NCBI GenBank assembly: GCA_009859145.1
Contig: VRVR01000015.1
Span: forward strand, 175,705-239,704
Length of the DNA: 64,000 nucleotides
Direction of reading: 5' to 3'
Origin: Andalucia godoyi And28
Lineage: Eukaryota > Protista > Jakobida
Both the position numbers and the translations under genes were made by a program. This document shows positions 62,301 through 64,000 of the stretch, one piece after another; within the stretch, counting starts at the first letter, position 1, and every line of letters begins with the position of its first letter. Below the pieces are notes generated by a model. That model worked only from the letters and a program-made list of their open reading frames with translations, ran no database searches and was not told the DNA's origin.

Positions 62301-62722
62301 ATTTCTCTCTTGGCAGCATTCACCTTGTACTTTTGGGGACTCTTCTTGTGTTTGTTATTGCTGCTCTCAGAAGAAAAATGATGCTGCGATTGCGATTGCG
62401 AATGATGCATACACAAGCTCTCGAACAGCGAGCGGACAGCCTGCCAATTGCCCCCACAGACAGCTTTTCGAAGATCCAAGGCCGCCTTTGATTCCACGAC
62501 GACTCCAGACTCCCGCTGCAGCAGGTCCGCAACATTATCGAACCCAGCATCCAACAGCGCTCTTTGCAACAGTCTGATCTTGGCAGTCCTGTGTTGATCC
62601 TCCCCGGCGATCTTTTCTTCATGTGGACCTCGGTCATCGAGGGTCGGTGATGATGATGGCGATGATGATGCCGGTGATGATGCTGCTGCTGATGATGCTG
62701 AAGTCGGCAAGGACGGATGCAT
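59303..62722 (-). CDS. WDR26: WDR26/Gid7 (LisH-CTLH-WD40) GID/CTLH E3 ligase subunit
   Basis: IRLLQRALLDAGFDNVADLLQRESGV, LRKAVCGGNW, WD40 repeats, GHRQDRLVVRSAFAG..RYLISGSED..IYVY, LSGHTASVNDV. Start uncertain (62722 or upstream). Confidence 0.9.
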   Translation of the reverse strand: MHPSLPTSASSAAASSPASSSPSSSPTLDDRGPHEEKIAGEDQHRTAKIRLLQRALLDAGFDNVADLLQRESGVVVESKAALDLRKAVCGGNWQAVRSLFESLCMHHSQSQSQHHFSSESSNNKHKKSPQKYKVNAAKREITRARVMFHIDVCDFVDAVCDQKLDRAVDILQNGIATFCNAAHTATPRNSSDELRNLNNLSLSSGAADRHDRNGNRAGFPRDEALSSTNVGAIYGENYIDAVLQRPKDRDVYAQRASWLPEITALLMCSSRKEAEESTKGMPWYLSRSELMERIEDACGGSAFVRPHVLDRLLDASAANDRKESLYVDSSADRVQASLVPPVIRPEAAMPILPIAVLHTSHREIWCLCLNPTGTRLAIAGLSNDVMILDLEGYLGAVVRTASNALAMNGDHSHPHTHHSLRRDQQNNHGHTETRSDSQETHNQVSDAQRNDAESWSLSAASPNLGNGHAAYFENGRPITSSHEVTFKKILRGHTAYVCFLAWSPDGKYLLTCGHDHSIRLWDAATGWCLRVMGGHSGPVSSAAWFANSSHFLSCSVDGSICLWKLAFASNDECKKPDSKNSYVVDALFRWENVRSHDLCISKDSHWAYILDADSQIRILDLDLALRIAESCASIPSSVTLSTVSSSNSNFSNVLSYAVPAVNRAALTRSSAAPPHHARRTPWSLNQSTPSSHVHRTSGRGPPGVSPGDPRASVAPWRTRRQASNRVLGRNATARAGSRDAWNAVGPVYRTRIGSHANSTSMVQDAPSVPELLESRIVDALCDHPSETVMECIKLQWQPTSMVMDRKSKLIAISCATESAYRIGEILLFDTTTGHVQGKLEGHRQDRLVVRSAFAGADDRYLISGSEDDLIYVYSTQSGEILAKLSGHTASVNDVAYSPLMNGIIISCSDDGTLRLWGTSEFPLFTSNTQVLQGVMRDGQACISRFISSADASATPRHGKDSVEQLRDLAMHIFHSSSRYGDIPSIGGVRGNRHDEEHDDGDDDDDGDEEDDDEAMDVDEDIDDEDIDDDDELDEDEDEDDIEDVDEEEDDPDASQNVGYRFPEIDIEDADYDDGDAVRTPFAVERPPLEVPLFENPFSGVMRYTLPAFEPAPPPFFNLLMAQDPASETEEQYSSSSGED

Positions 62723-63621
62723 GGCTTTCCGCCGTTTCGAGGGCGGAGGCTGCACGCTCGACTGCAAATGAGATTGATTCGACACGGACGATGAACCAAC
62801 GAAAACGAGAAGCAAAGGTAACTCAACACGAACAGGACCCTTTACTTCTCGCTTTGTCTTTTTTCTTCTTTTCTTTGGACTCTTTTCCAAATTCCAAAAG
62901 AATGATTATAATTATTGAAGTTCAATTTAGAAAAGAGAAGGGGGGGAAAAAGGCAAAAGAAGAAAGCAGAAGCTGCGGATGTGCGTGTGCGTGTGTGTGT
63001 GCGTTGGGAAGGGCAGACCGCGCTGGGAGATTGGAAGAAAGAGGAGAAAGAGAGAATGTCAGGAGAAGAAAGACTGGTTCATATGAGAGTAGTAGACACA
63101 ACACGGCTCGGGCGGGTCGGGATTTCGACTTTTTGAGGATGACAGTCGCCGATCGGGCGATGACTGACGTCGAAAGAGGGGAAAGAAAGGGGTGGCCGGT
63201 TCGGACCTTTTGGGAATTGGGGGAATTTGGAAAGGATCCGGGAGAAAATACCCGACTTGAAGAATCAAAGGTGGATTTCGCCCTCCAAAATTCGGAAGGA
63301 TTGCATCAACTGAATTGCATCAACCTCCTCCGATCCAGACCCCCAAAACAAACAAACCAGAAGACGTCCGAAACGAGGGTTATCGAGCAGACTAGCTGAG
63401 TCGCTCCTAGGGTTACGGACTCGTGCTGCGTGTGCAAAAAGCCTTTAAAGTTCTTTTAGAATTATTCTTGTGCGGCTCTCTTCCTTTTCAGATTTTCTCT
63501 CTCTTTCTCTCTCTCTTTCTTTCTTCTTAGAGGTTTTGTTCCATAGCCCGTGTTCTCTTCCCTCGTTCAGACGACACCGGATCCTTTAATCCTTTCTCCC
63601 CTTTCCTCTCTGTCCTGAAGA

Positions 63622-63975
63622 ATGGCGTACGCACCCAAGAAGACTGATGCCCCTGTGGAGACTCTTCACAAGATCCGCATCACCCTTACTTCGCGCAATG
63701 TGAAGTCGCTCGAGAATGTTTCCGAGTCGCTCCTCCGTGCCGCCAAGACCAAGAACGTGACTGTTCGTGGACCCGTCCGCATGCCCACCAAGGTTTTGCG
63801 CATCACCACCCGCAAGACTCCTTGCGGTGAGGGTTCCAAGACTTGGGACCGCTTCGAGATGAACATCCACAAGCGTGTTATTGACCTCCACTCCTCCACC
63901 GAGATTGTCAAGGACATCACCTCGGTTCGTTTGGACCCGGGCGTCGACATTGAAGTCACTCTGATCCAGGCTTAA
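63622..63975 (+). CDS. RPS20: 40S ribosomal protein S20 (uS10)
   Basis: [53 protein letters not shown]; pyrimidine-rich upstream region. Confidence 0.98.
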   Translation: MAYAPKKTDAPVETLHKIRITLTSRNVKSLENVSESLLRAAKTKNVTVRGPVRMPTKVLRITTRKTPCGEGSKTWDRFEMNIHKRVIDLHSSTEIVKDITSVRLDPGVDIEVTLIQA

Positions 63976-64000
63976 TTAAAGTACTATCCTACAGGGGCAT

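Noticed and set aside
1-64000. CRISPR arrays, rRNA genes, and the many short overlapping ORFs in the track
   Set aside because: No repeat-spacer arrays or rRNA-like sequence was seen. The short ORFs are antisense or alternate-frame shadows of the called genes.

Overview
Gene-dense, intron-poor eukaryotic nuclear DNA in the standard genetic code. It most likely comes from a free-living aerobic protist (jakobid-like architecture is a guess; the taxon cannot be fixed from sequence alone). About 30 housekeeping genes are present, including CWC21, a carnitine acyltransferase, bystin, RRP4, a TEY MAP kinase, COX20, CRM1/XPO1, VTI1, CTF8, COMMD4, mucolipin, WDR26 and RPS20. Most are intronless. A few small genes are split by GTATGY...AG introns and are missed or misread by the ORF track: bL36, an SMP-30-like propeller and a small membrane protein. 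Three islands of decayed DNA interrupt the housekeeping genes (~1.3-3.5 kb, ~11.5-14.0 kb, ~28.6-35.3 kb). The main signal is Fanzor2/TnpB (RNA-guided nuclease) material from two families. One is a frameshifted near-full-length gene at 12660-13778 followed by a multi-hairpin omegaRNA-like scaffold. The other is a pair of 529-bp, ~98% identical remnants (5903-6431, 49002-49530) that keep only the 3' part of the ORF plus a terminal hairpin. The central island holds a broken gustatory-receptor-like 7TM candidate and an RNase III-domain pseudogene. A standalone PPIP5K/VIP1 kinase domain is also notable. All family calls come from motif recognition by eye; no database searches were run.
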